In this document: piece after piece, positions 1-11,484 of the stretch
How the letters are laid out: each line of letters starts with the position of its first letter
How positions within the stretch are numbered: the stretch's first letter is position 1
DNA from: Octopus bimaculoides
Taxonomy: Eukaryota
DNA length: 64,000 nucleotides
Direction: 5' to 3'
NCBI RefSeq assembly: GCF_001194135.2
Contig: NC_069006.1
Span: 6,475,793 to 6,539,792, forward strand
Translations under genes and position numbers: made by a program
Notes under the pieces: model-generated
What the model was told of the DNA's origin: nothing
The model's database searches: none
The model's input: the letters and a program-made list of their open reading frames with translations, nothing else

Positions 1-2
1 AT

Positions 3-35
<33 letters not shown>

Positions 36-814
36 CATGTGTATAGGAGTGGTATGTGTGTGTATACACATAAGGTGATGGGGACAGTCAGTCTTCTTCT
101 CAAACCAAAGAAGCCATTTCCACTAATATTAATAAAAGTGTCACTGTTTAATGGTTTTAATGGTAACAGGACAGAAATTGAACTCAGGGTGTGGAGAATT
201 GGAGAACGTCCAACCAACCATTCTACCAATTTATTGTGTGTGTGTAAGTTAGAAAAAAATCAATCCAGGAATTATCCAGATATTACAAAAAAAAATATGA
301 TACCAAGGAACTGACAGATCAAGGATCAGAGCAACTGTGGTTTTATGCAATAAACATCGTTGCAATAACAAATCTTCTGTCATGCCAGTTGGGAAAATGT
401 CTCACTGAACAATAACCAGATTCTCAATCAGATATACTATATCCATTATTCAGGGAATGTGGAAGCTTTTATTAAAACTACTAGAGTGTATCACCACTCA
501 GCTGAAATGGGTTTTGGTCATTTCTTACTTTTAGTAAATTTTTATAAACCTACACACAAAAACAGAAAAAAAAAAAGAATTCAAGTGCCAAAATTATACT
601 TTGTTGAGTAAAGTTGATAATAAAGAAAAACTTGATGAAGAAAGTCTGAGATATAAGTAGGAGGCACTTTCACACCTTTGCTCCAGCTAGGAATGGATGA
701 CAGAGGTAAGGTGTGTGTGTTTATCAAAGAGACAAAAAAACAAAGCTAGAAAAGAAACAAGTGACATGAAATATATGGGGTGGGGTGGGGTACCCTTAGA
801 ACTAGAGACTGAAT

Positions 815-1320
815 GTGAACAAAGGGAAAATGCTTGAACAGAAATGTGAAACAACAGAAACAATATTATTTAAGCTGAGGAAAGATACAAAAGAACTGAA
901 GAAACCAGTCAAAACAACAGTTAGGATAGAAAAGAACAAGAAGCTGCAAGACAAAACAGAACTAGCAGAAGCTGGCTTTAAAAACAATAATAGTCACAAT
1001 ATTTTTGAGTTAGTGAAATGGAAGGAAAGAACATCGTGAGATAATAAGATGGAGCGTAAACAAAGATGAAGACGATAACACATGAAAAACAGCTGAAATA
1101 CATGAATTCAGGAAAGATTATTTTGAGCGACAGATTTATGCTAAGTTCTTCCACAACCTAGAAGCAATATCAGAAATTATGGACGGCCCATCTGATGCAG
1201 ATACTCAGGTAGAAATAACAAAAACAAGAAATATAAAATCAATGAAATAAACAAAAAAAAACTATAAACCTTGATTATAGATGGCATCAGTGCTAAAGTA
1301 GTAAAAGAGCATAAGAAGAG
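815..1320 (+). mobile_element. Decayed RTE-clade LINE fragment (linker between endonuclease and RT)
   Basis: Translation across stops and frameshifts gives KDTKELKKPVKTTVRIEKNKKLQDKTELAEAGFKNNNSHNIFELVK, KDEDDNT*KTAEIHEFRKDYFE and IDGISAKVVK. These match recalled RTE motifs (KEVKRSVRKDK..., KDEDGNTLT...RWKDYFE, PGIDGIPAEVLK). Confidence 0.6.
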
Positions 1321-1496
1321 CACATGTTAGACATAAAAAAAAAACAGGAGGTGGGTTTATGTTCCACATAACATTCAACAGAGAGAGAGAGAGAGAGACA
1401 GACAGAGAGAGAGAAATTAATTGGTCAACCTAAAACAACACCAACCAATGTAGTCCATGTACTGAGAATGAACCCTAAAGCACATGGTTCCAAAGT

Positions 1497-1703
1497 GAGA
1501 TAAAGATAATGGAGATAAAAAAAACGACTGGAGCAAATGGCACCAGCTGAAAACAACTGCTATGTCCAACAAAGAACGATACATTGAAAGAAGGCTGAAG
1601 AATAAATTTAGGTAGCCAACATACAAATTTTATAATATAATGGAAATAGCGCATTCTAAATGTTACATACTCCAAACAGTTTGTACAAACACCACTCAAA
1701 TTT
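1497..1703 (+). repeat. RTE 3' end plus about 100 bp of following sequence; copy 1 of a local duplicate (copy 2 at 3650-3849)
   Basis: Direct alignment to 3650-3849, e.g. GGCACCAGCTGAAAACAAC and GAAGGCTGAAGAATAAATTTAGG are shared. Confidence 0.8.
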
Positions 1704-1918
1704 GTATCAAGAGGTGAATAAGTTTGTGTAGATGGATAATACATGAGGATTGACTCCATCTAGCTGCCAGTTTGGAGATCAAAGTGAGGAAGTTCAAACC
1801 TTTCCAAGGATATTTAGTCATTTATCACCTCTGAACAAGGAACATAAGTAACAGACTGACAGCTTGAGCATGTGACTTCTGGTTGGTTTGGTGGATATAA
1901 GATGAAGCAGTTGGAGGG

Positions 1919-1965
<47 letters not shown>

Positions 1966-1983
1966 TATGTATGGACAGACAGG

Positions 1984-2023
<40 letters not shown>

Positions 2024-3149
2024 CTTTGGGTAGGAAAAAAAAACTAAGTAAAAAGAAAAAAATCCCACCCAAGGAAGAAATGTTTCTCATTTCTTTTTGA
2101 TGTGATAGGAAATGAGATAAGCTTCAGTTTGTAGTCTGGAAATTTTAAAAAACAGGACAACAAAACAATGAAAATATTATCAAGATTCACGAATGGTTAG
2201 AGAAGAACCAGTAAAAATATATACAATTCAGTAAGTAATGTATTGTTTCTATTGTATTGTTTTATAGTCTCTGCAGCTCATAGATGTTGAAAACCACTAA
2301 CCTGACGACTAATATTTGTGTCTCTATTTGTTGAAGCACAATAGAGGTACTTTAGAGTATTTTAATCTTCTCTCACATATTGTTAAGTCTAAATATTTGG
2401 CTCAACTACTGGCATTTCTAGAAAATTTTAGTGAAATATATTGACTGCCTATAACAGGGAAAATTAAATTTAGTTTTATAATTGCATCTTGAGAAGATCA
2501 TAAATATAATTTTCCTTCATCATAAGACAGTTGTTGTTAAATTTTCAATGAATCACTTGTTTTATATTTACAGAAGTAATTAGTAAAAATTGGGGGAGTG
2601 TAGCAGCGAGTGGAAGGTTCTGGTTAAAGAAGTCCAAAATAGATTTCATTTCCACTGGAAAATATTTCATTTCACTAATGCTCTTGGGAAAAATATGAAC
2701 GCCACAACTTCCAAGTCAACCTTACCCTTTAAATGATTAAGTCTCACATATGCAATGAGATAAAACATTGAGAAATCCCTCCAATCTACATTTCTTGTTG
2801 TTGTCAGTTCTGATTGAGTAAACTGATGATCAAAGGTGCTTCAGCTGAGATTAGCCAGTATTTTTTTAATTAAATATTTCCTCCCTCTTAAAAAATAATA
2901 GTTGTGATTTATGTGAGATTTAGCTGCTAACTCTAGCAGGGCAAATAACACTGCAGTGGCTGCCTCACTGGTTCAACTTGTCTCATACATGCAGATATTG
3001 TCATACAAAGTGAAATTTACAAGATATATAAACATTGTTACTTTACAAATATAGTAATTTACTAAACCATTCTTAGCCATTTAATCAAAAAGGACCTCTA
3101 TAAGCTATAAGCTGGTCCTTTTCTTTCTGAAGTAGCATTTGGTAGACAA

Positions 3150-3749
3150 TAAGCTTACCAACAAAAACTAGAAGAAGAAAATAAAAGATTAAAGCAAGAC
3201 TCTCCCATAGGCTAACTCCTATATATCACAAGGTTAATACATCAATGCCTTCAAGAAAGAAGAGATAAAGTGCAGAGTCAGACCAGACTGTTTCTCTCTT
3301 CAAGTCCTGTATTGCTTTGATTCTGAAGAGTTTACAACAAGTCAAAATTAGCAATAGTTACATGGGGTTCAAAGATTTGGCATCAGTCGAAAAAAAACTC
3401 AGTTGTAAACTAAAAAAAAAAAAAATGAACAAAGGACAGGAGAAGATTTAAGTGGATGGAGAAGGAGACGGGTGTCTGTGATATTCTCAAAGACAAAAAA
3501 GTTGAAACAGAACTGGACAGGTTACATGACAAGAACAACAGAGAAGAAACGGACCTCTGAGGTTAACAAACTAGACTGACTCCACCCAGAAACTACAACT
3601 GAAGCTGTGGACATCTACAGACTCCTATGGTGAACAATTTTGACAAATTGAGATAAAGATAGTAGAGGGAAATAAGACTAGAGCAAGTGGCACCAGCTGA
3701 AAACAACAGCTATATTCAACAAAGGATATTTTGAATGAAGGCTGAAGAA
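3150..3749 (+). mobile_element. Decayed RTE-clade LINE, RT C-terminal region to 3' end
   Basis: Frames give DRRRFKWMEKETGVCDIL, KLKQNWTGYMTRTTEKKRTSEV and NNSYIQQRIF*, matching the RTE C-terminus (DRIRNEWIR..TGV.DI, LKWNWAGHVAR, AYIQQW*). Ends in GGCTGAAGAA. Confidence 0.7.
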
Positions 3750-5261
3750 TAAATTTAGGGGCCAACATAAAAATGTTATTACATATGAAGTTACCCTATT
3801 CTAAAATGTTACATATCCCAAACAGTTTATACAAACAGCACTCGAATTTTAAGGATAATTATAAGTGTTACTAACATTAGATTTATGTTTAAAATGGATA
3901 ATTGACACAAATGAGAAAAAAACTAGCTTCATTAAGTGGTCATGCATCTTGCTAGAAATAGAAGCTAAGTCTCTCTCAAATCCATGTTCTAGTCTTAAAA
4001 ACAGTGAAGATCACACTGGATTGGATAGCATTAGATAATCTGTCTGCAAAAATAATGGGTAGGGAGGGCACTGTTGGGATGCCACTAGTTGTGGAGTTGC
4101 TCAATCAAGGATCACCTGGGATTATTCAGACAAAAACAAACATAAAACAAAACAGGTATTTTTTTTTAGTGGAGTTGTTAATTTCAGTTTTAGGATGTAA
4201 AAATTAAATTAAACAGAGACACAAAGTGAGTTGTAAAACATTTCTAATGTTCTTTAATAAAATGGCATTGAAAAGATATCATGTGAGATATGAGTGATTT
4301 CTTGTCTCCTGTACTTGAGAAATAGTATTTTGGTTTCTTTCAATCACCAATGTTAAATCACCAGAATGTGTTCCTTGTGTTGCAATGCCTAACTTGTTTC
4401 TATAGAATTTGGTCCTATTGATAAGGAGATGGCTAGCAATTGATGACGCTGATAGAAGAGGAGAACTTATAACAATGGAACACAACACACAATAGGGTAA
4501 GAGTTTTCGTGAAAGGCAACATTGTTATTCTAGCTTCAGTGAGTAACATTAGATACAATTAATAATAATAATAATAATAATAATGGAAACTGGTCATAGT
4601 TTTAGTTAAGAATAACAGAAAATGATTTCTAAATTTAATTTTAGATGAGATGTAATTTTTCTTATCTCCCAATTGCTAACCAATGAGATGGAAGTGAATT
4701 ATCATAAAACCATTCTCCTCCTCAGTTAAAAGCTCTAACCCTTTGCCTGTCTGTAGCCAAACAAAACTGCTCACTCTGTGCTATTTACAAGCAGAATGAC
4801 CTTCTTTCAGGAAAACTAGCAACATCAAAAATCAAGAAAACGAAATATATTGATTTAAGCCAAGACAAAAACTATTTCTGTTTTATTTTATGAATTTTAA
4901 TATCAACATTGTTCATGTCTGCTCTCCTTGTTCCTATGCTGTTAGCGTTTTTTTTTTATATATATATTTGGTGTGTGTGTCTGTGTGTGTGATTCTAGAT
5001 ATACATCTCTGTAGAGAATGAGGTAATATGGCAGTGTTTATGTGTGTGTATTTGTTATCGATGTCTCACAGCTATATGTCCTTTTTAAACATTTATCAAG
5101 TTGCACTAGTACTCCTTAGTTTCCATGGAGATCTCTCCTTTTCTAACCTCACCCTAGGTAATGAGTTCTTTGGTAGGGAGTAAATACAAAAACAAAAAAA
5201 TATTTTTTCAATGTATTTATTCATAAGTGAAGCAACTTTAAATAGCTTAAATACTGAACAA

Positions 5262-5415
5262 CTATAGGGTTTCTCAGCCTCCTAGAAACAGCAGTTATTT
5301 CCTCCTTAAATCACACCTTACTGGTGAAAAAAAAAAGCAGGATAGTCATGGCAGGAACATCTTTGATCATATGCCTATTCAATCAATACTGACCTGAAGT
5401 TAAACAACAACAACA
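5262..5415 (+). mobile_element. Old unclassified SINE-like repeat (family D)
   Basis: Shares CTAGAAA.AGCAG...TCAC and TTTGATCATA...CTGACCTG..G.TAAACAACAACAAC with about 12 other copies in the window. Confidence 0.7.
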
Positions 5416-5689
5416 GCAAATCCTAAACTTGTTTATGATAAAAACAATTAACCCCAAAATGTATATATGGCATCTGAAAATCAAACAAGAAATGGTGTAT
5501 GTAAAGTATTAAAACATAAATGTGTCCATCTCTCTCTCTCTTTCTCTCTCATATATCTAAACAACCACATATTGAATGAAGTTGGCTTATCACACCTGAA
5601 CTTCAACATATAAAGAACTGAGTTTACTGTTTTCGAAATTATTGGCTTTGATAATAAACTTTTGCTTTGGCTTGTGGACAAATGACTTT

Positions 5690-5699
5690 ATCTACTTCT

Positions 5700-5740
<41 letters not shown>

Positions 5741-6003
5741 TACATATGTACATGCAGATATACATACGTATGCATATGTGCATATATACATATGTATGCA
5801 TATGTGCATATATACATGCATATATACATATGTATGCATATGTGCATATATACATGCATATGCACACACACATATATACATATATACATACACACTTATA
5901 CACATATATATATGCATTTATATCTACACATACACATATGTACACAAACACACACACACATATATATGCATTTATATCTACACACACACATATATGTACA
6001 CAA

Positions 6004-6059
<56 letters not shown>

Positions 6060-6075
6060 TCAAATAAACACACAT
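5690..6075. repeat. Compound (CA)n/(TA)n/(TACA)n microsatellite
   Basis: Directly visible. It is the source of the spurious HT/YI/CV ORFs at 5639-6173. Confidence 0.97.
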
Positions 6076-7105
6076 ATGCACAGTCACACATACACTCGTC
6101 AGTAGATTCTATTAACATGGTATTGCATACATACTTTACGACAGGAGTATCAAGGTTTTGTTTAGGAGTTTAATCAATCAAGCAAGCACTTTTATTCTAT
6201 TCCAGAATTCTCTTCATCTCCTCAAGTAAAGTTAGAGATATCAGAAATAAAAATGAAACCAAACTTTTTTTGATCAAGAATCTAATACTGAGCTAACAAA
6301 TAAGTTGTTCGGAGAAAACTCAGTTAATAAGAACAAATTGGAATAAATGGTAGTTGTATTGATTTTTTTTCTTGGAGAGTGACAAACAACATTTTGTCTA
6401 GATTTAGTTTTAAAAACGTTTCTATTTCAAATTTAGTTTTGATCTACAAAAGTACTGATGCCTTGATATCATCTAATTTAACAATTATGTGTATGTATAT
6501 ATATATATATATATATATATTCTTTTTTCATTCTAAAAACATTTCCATCATTATGAAGTGTTAATGGGGAAAGCTATTGACAAAACTGATGCAGTGTTAG
6601 TTATGGCCTCGAAGTATAAGCTCTGACAATAATTAAAATGCTACTTCTGCCTGCAAAACAAATTCATTTTAACTAAACATTTGTTTTCTAAACTGAAAAT
6701 AACTTGCTATTTTTACTGTGTACAGCAGATATTTAGTTACCATATTAGATTTAGGGGACATAGCTACAATTTCTACAAACTATAAATATTTCGTCATTAC
6801 CTACATCCACCTTGCTCCTAATCATCATCAACATTTCGTTTACTTGAAAATATATGTAATTAACAATAACTACAATTGGTTAAAGCGAAAGTAGAATGGC
6901 TTTTGCTAATTAACTTGTCTTTTAACTCATGGCATATCCTTGTTAATTATAGTTAAGTAAAACATAAAATTAAGAAATAAAAAGATAGCAGCAAGAAAAA
7001 AAAAAGTAAGGAAAACTAAGTTAAGTAATAGCAATAATTGGTGCCTCTATGAAGTCATTCTGCTAGAGATCATAGCTAAATCTTCTTCAAGTCATACCCA
7101 TAGAT

Positions 7106-7262
7106 TAGTGGTTCTCAGTGACAGATCCAAAACCTGGAGTTTTTTAGAAGCTGCACCAAAAAAAGAAGTAAAATACAAGTCAGTTAAAGAAAAAATTATA
7201 TTTATGAAGGAAGACCACTAAGGGCTGCATGTGGCCCTGGGAGCTGCAGTCAAGAACCACTG
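7106..7262. mobile_element. hAT (Charlie/Buster-type) MITE, 157 bp
   Basis: Termini TAGTGGTTCTCA and TCAAGAACCACTG (reverse complement CAGTGGTTCTTGA). Perfect 8-bp TSD CCATAGAT at 7098-7105 and 7263-7270, with TA at positions 4-5 as in Buster-type targets. Confidence 0.9.
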
Positions 7263-8732
7263 CCATAGATAGAATCTTCATAGTTGTAAACTTTAGTAAT
7301 TAGAAAATAATGAAAGGAATGTTGTGGTTAGACCAAATCCTAAGATATTTAAACTTATAAACACCAATGTAACATAGATTTGAACTAAGAAATATGAAAC
7401 ATCAAATTATATTAAATGATCCACTTTAATTCTATTTTCTTTGTACATTAAACAAACATGCAAGACTAGTTAATGTTGAGATGTAATAAAGTGATACAGT
7501 AAATTATTCTGTGAACATCAACAATATGATTACTGTTTTCTTTCAACGAATATCAAAATACCTGCATCAATAATAAACCATTCTTGTTGAAAAGTAAAAC
7601 TACTTCCTCTTTTCTAGGTGAGCTAAATGAGAGAAAAATTGATTAAAAACTTGCCGTTTACAGAGAATTGTAACATCTCATTAGAATCTGTACTCTCGTT
7701 TTACTTTCAAAACCCAATAAAACTGAAAATGTTTTTCAAATTGAACAGATGAGTGATCAAATATAAACTTTGTGTGTACAAGTAAGTTTTCATCATATCA
7801 TATGTACTGGACTCTGCTTAAATTTATTTGCTTAAACAAAATACATTAACTCTTCTTGTCTCAAACAATTTTGTCAAAAATTGGCATTCTGTGTACTTCA
7901 CAAATTCACAGCTAAAATTCTGCTTAAAAAACAAACACCCTCTGAGACAATTCATATGTAAATATTGGAATTAATCAAACCATAAAAATCATAAGACAAG
8001 GAAAAAAAACATTGATGGAAAATAAATAAAGAAATAATTAAAATGGATGAAATTAAAATAAATTTGAGAAAGAAAAATTATGACTTTTCTCCATGTCAAT
8101 TAACAATATAAATTATCTAATTTCCATAAGACTACTCTGAAAATATTTTCCAAGATTTCAAATGACTTAAAACCGGGCCCTTCTGTAACTACCAGGAATG
8201 AATTCAGAACAAGCCAAGCATTTCAAAATGTTTGATGCAGATTTGAAAACTGAAACACACTAGTAAAAGGTGTTTTATGGAAGACAAAACTAATAATTAA
8301 ACTTGACCATCCTTAAGATTTGTTGGTTCCTTTATTAATGGTTTCTTGAAATATAGTTAATGTAGTAAAGAAAGATAGTGTCCTGTCAGGGCTGCCATAC
8401 AACATACTTCAACAATGATATTATAGAGAATGGTTAAAAGTTAATGATGTGAGTTTGGTGCGAAATCATAACAACAGTTGTGTCAGGTGTTGAGATTATG
8501 ACTTAATGTACTAATCTCCTCAAAACAAGCTGATGGAGATGAGAATGTTGAGAAGAAGCATATGAAAAGATTCTGGTGTAAAATAGTGGCCATTGGCAAA
8601 GAACTAGAATTACGTTCTAATATTTTTGATAACATCAAATAAATGTGGAGATTAGAGAAATGTATATTTTAACAATAAATTAGATTTTATTTTCAGATTA
8701 AAGCAAAACAGTGCACATGTGATTGCAGATAG

Positions 8733-8734
<2 letters not shown>

Positions 8735-8791
<57 letters not shown>

Positions 8792-8930
8792 CACACACAG
8801 ACTCATATGAACATATATACAGACACATAAACACATAGTTACATACATTCATACACTTAAACACACATATATACACATACATAAATATACACACACACAC
8901 ACACACACATATATACACATACATAAATAT

Positions 8931-8987
<57 letters not shown>

Positions 8988-9020
8988 CATATATACATAC
9001 ACACACACATATATATATAC
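8735..9020. repeat. Compound (TA)n/(CA)n microsatellite
   Basis: Directly visible. Confidence 0.97.
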
Positions 9021-9330
9021 ATACAGGAATATATATTAAAGCAAAGACTGGAATATGTTTAATATATATATGTATATCAGGCATGTGTCGTCAGTAATTA
9101 CTCAGGGTAGGCATTTGGTGACATTTATGTAGTAAAATACATAAAAAATAAGTGAAACACAGCTGTGTGACTGAGTTGAAGATAGATTTACTTCTGCTTT
9201 TAGAGCATGTAAAGAAAACGTTGTTGTAGGAATGTACACAGCATGTGTACTACAACAGTACTATGCATAGTTTTAATACTGAGATTGAAAGATAGGGGCG
9301 AATTATGCTTACTTAATCTATAGAATAGTT

Positions 9331-9747
9331 ATGTCCATTTTCCATGCTGGCATGGGTTAGATGGCATGACATGAACCGGTAAGCCGGAGAGCTGTACAAG
9401 GATCCATTCTGACTTTGGCTTTTATGGCTGGATGCCCTTCCTAATGCCAACCACTCCAAGAGTGTAGTGGGTGCATTTTACATGTCACCAGCATGAGTGC
9501 ATTTATGTGTCACTGGCACTGGTGCTGTTATGTGTCACCAACACTGGCCACAACTATGATTTCACTTGACTTGACAAGTATTCTCAAGCACAGCAAATCG
9601 CCAAAGGTTACAATCACTTGTCATCACCTCCATGAAATCCCACGTTTGAAGATTACGCTTCACCACCTCATTCTATGTTTTCCTGGGTATACCTCTTCCA
9701 CAAGTTCCCTCCACTGATAGAAATTCACATTTTTTTACACAGCTGTC

Positions 9748-9750
<3 letters not shown>
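9331..9750 (-). mobile_element. RTE LINE 3' fragment (RT C-terminus plus 3' UTR); 5' side runs into (TA)n and a gap
   Basis: Minus-strand translation EDSCVKKCEFLSVEGTCGRGIPRKT*NEVVKRNLQT...LWRFAVLENTCQVK* (RTE GRGRPRKTW motif). The following UTR contains GGTTGGCATTAGGAAGGGCATCCAGCC and CCATGCCAGCATGGAAAA. Confidence 0.85.
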
Positions 9751-9779
<29 letters not shown>

Positions 9780-10624
9780 NNNNNNNNNNNNNNNNNNNNN
9801 NNNNNNNNNNNNNNNNNNNNNNNNNNNNNNNNNNNNNNNNNNNNNNNNNNNNNNNNNNNNNNNNNNNNNNNNNNNNNNNNNNNNNNNNNNNNNNNNNNNN
9901 NNNNNNNNNNNNNNNNNNNNNNNNNNNNNNNNNNNNNNNNNNNNNNNNNNNNNNNNNNNNNNNNNNNNNNNNNNNNNNNNNNNNNNNNNNNNNNNNNNNN
10001 NNNNNNNNNNNNNNNNNNNNNNNNNNNNNNNNNNNNNNNNNNNNNNNNNNNNNNNNNNNNNNNNNNNNNNNNNNNNNNNNNNNNNNNNNNNNNNNNNNNN
10101 NNNNNNNNNNNNNNNNNNNNNNNNNNNNNNNNNAAAAAGAGGTAAAGTGTTTTGTGCAGTATTTGGGGGGTGAGACACAATGGTAGAGGCAAAAGGATGA
10201 AGGTAGCAGGTGAGCTTGGGCGACTGGTTTCATGTCACCAATTTAAAAGAGCAGAGACTGTTGTTGTTGTAGCAGTGGCGGAAACAGGAAGAAGAAACAA
10301 TATGTCTGGTACATAGTAAATTATTATTTCAGTACAAAATGTAAGTTGAAGTGAGGAGGGCAACAATATTATTTGAAACAAAATATAAAAATACAGAACC
10401 ATCAAGTAACTAAAGTTCTGAATTTGCAGACATATCTAAAAAAAAAAAAAATTAAAAAAATAAAAAAATGTACTCCAAAACCTTTTGGAATCAATAAGAA
10501 ATAATCGTAGATGTGTTATGTTGAAGATAAGCAAATATTTGAGAAAGTTTTTGGGAAATGAAATTTTCTTTTTTATTTCCAGGTAAGCATACAACAGCAA
10601 CTACCAATTGAAAATATGAAAAGG

Positions 10625-10661
<37 letters not shown>

Positions 10662-10842
10662 CTCAAACAGTTCACACTACAGCAAAACGGGTGTTTATCT
10701 AAACATCACGCAATTAATAGTTAAGCACTATTGACGAAAATAATTATCCAATGTGTGTGTGTGTGTGAATGTGTGCACACGCCAATATCAAGCAGTGAGA
10801 ATGAGTGCTCAACATCACATTAGTGGCTAAATATTCTTTATT

Positions 10843-10934
10843 TGTGGTTAACAAGGCTACCACTGGTTTCATACTGAGAGAAATTTCTCAACAATTATAA
10901 AGCCTGAAACCAATGGTAACCTTGTTAACCCACA
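10843..10934. repeat. Imperfect inverted repeat / fold-back element
   Basis: Arms 10843-10871 and 10905-10934 are complementary with 2 mismatches and 1 indel. The spacer contains the palindrome GAGAAATTTCTC. Confidence 0.8.
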
Positions 10935-11113
10935 ACTGAAGTATGTGTATATATATATATGAGGTCACAGAAGTGTGACGAAAGAACTCTGGCCGAAATA
11001 AGATTAAGATTAATGTAATATAAAGCTGAAGCAAATTAACACCAAATATACAGTGCGTGTGTTTTTATTGGCTAAACTGGCAATATGACCATCCCCAAGT
11101 ACAACAATATATA

Positions 11114-11251
11114 TATATAGTTTTAGGGAAAATAACCAAGTTTCAAGAACTCATCATTTATTGTGCTTTTAATTGTTAATTTTTCTATATGTGATAGTCG
11201 ATTTTCATCGATGAGTTCTTGAAACTTGGTTATTTTCCCTAAAACTATATA
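11114..11251. mobile_element. Young MITE with perfect 42-bp terminal inverted repeats
   Basis: 11114-11155 (TATATAGTTTTAGGGAAAATAACCAAGTTTCAAGAACTCATC) is the exact reverse complement of 11210-11251. Spacer is 54 bp; the element sits in a TA-rich target. Confidence 0.88.
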
Positions 11252-11347
11252 TTTTATATATATTTTATCTATAAAGCTCAATTTAATTTTAATTTTTTAT
11301 AAATTGATTTTAATTGAGTTTTTACCTGTAATTTTGGATTTTGTCCC

Positions 11348-11385
<38 letters not shown>

Positions 11386-11418
11386 TGGTAAATCATAAAT
11401 CAAAAAAAGGAGCACACT

Positions 11419-11484
11419 ATGAGGTTACTCTGGGTTTCATGTTCATAAAGTGCTTAGCTTTACGGCATTTCTTCAGACCCTAGG
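11419..11484 (-). ncRNA. Candidate minimal type-I hammerhead ribozyme (Penelope-like LTR type), catalytic core intact
   Basis: Minus strand reads GGGU-CUGAAGA-A-AUG[CCG UAAAG CUAAGCA CUUUA UGAA]CAU-GAAAC-CCAGA-GUA-ACCU. Stem I is GGGU/ACCU, stem II AUG/CAU with inner UAAAG/CUUUA, stem III AC/GU; cleavage triplet GUA. Confidence 0.55.

Noticed and set aside
4406-4496. AG...GT-bounded 91-nt candidate exon
   Set aside because: Stops in all three frames and no other support.
5639-6173. Long overlapping ORFs rich in HT/YI/CV
   Set aside because: Translations of dinucleotide microsatellites. The same applies to most track ORFs (8.7, 12.8, 22.5, 25.5, 32.8, 35.1, 41.3, 59.6 kb).
9673-10233. ORFs spanning X runs
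   Set aside because: They read through N gaps (also 23.0, 36.1, 37.4, 39.1, 48.3, 52.6 and 59.7 kb) and are not real frames.
10970-11005. TGACGAA-AGAACTCTGGCC-GAAAT hammerhead-like string
   Set aside because: Core C3 is missing and stem II does not close without assuming a deletion.
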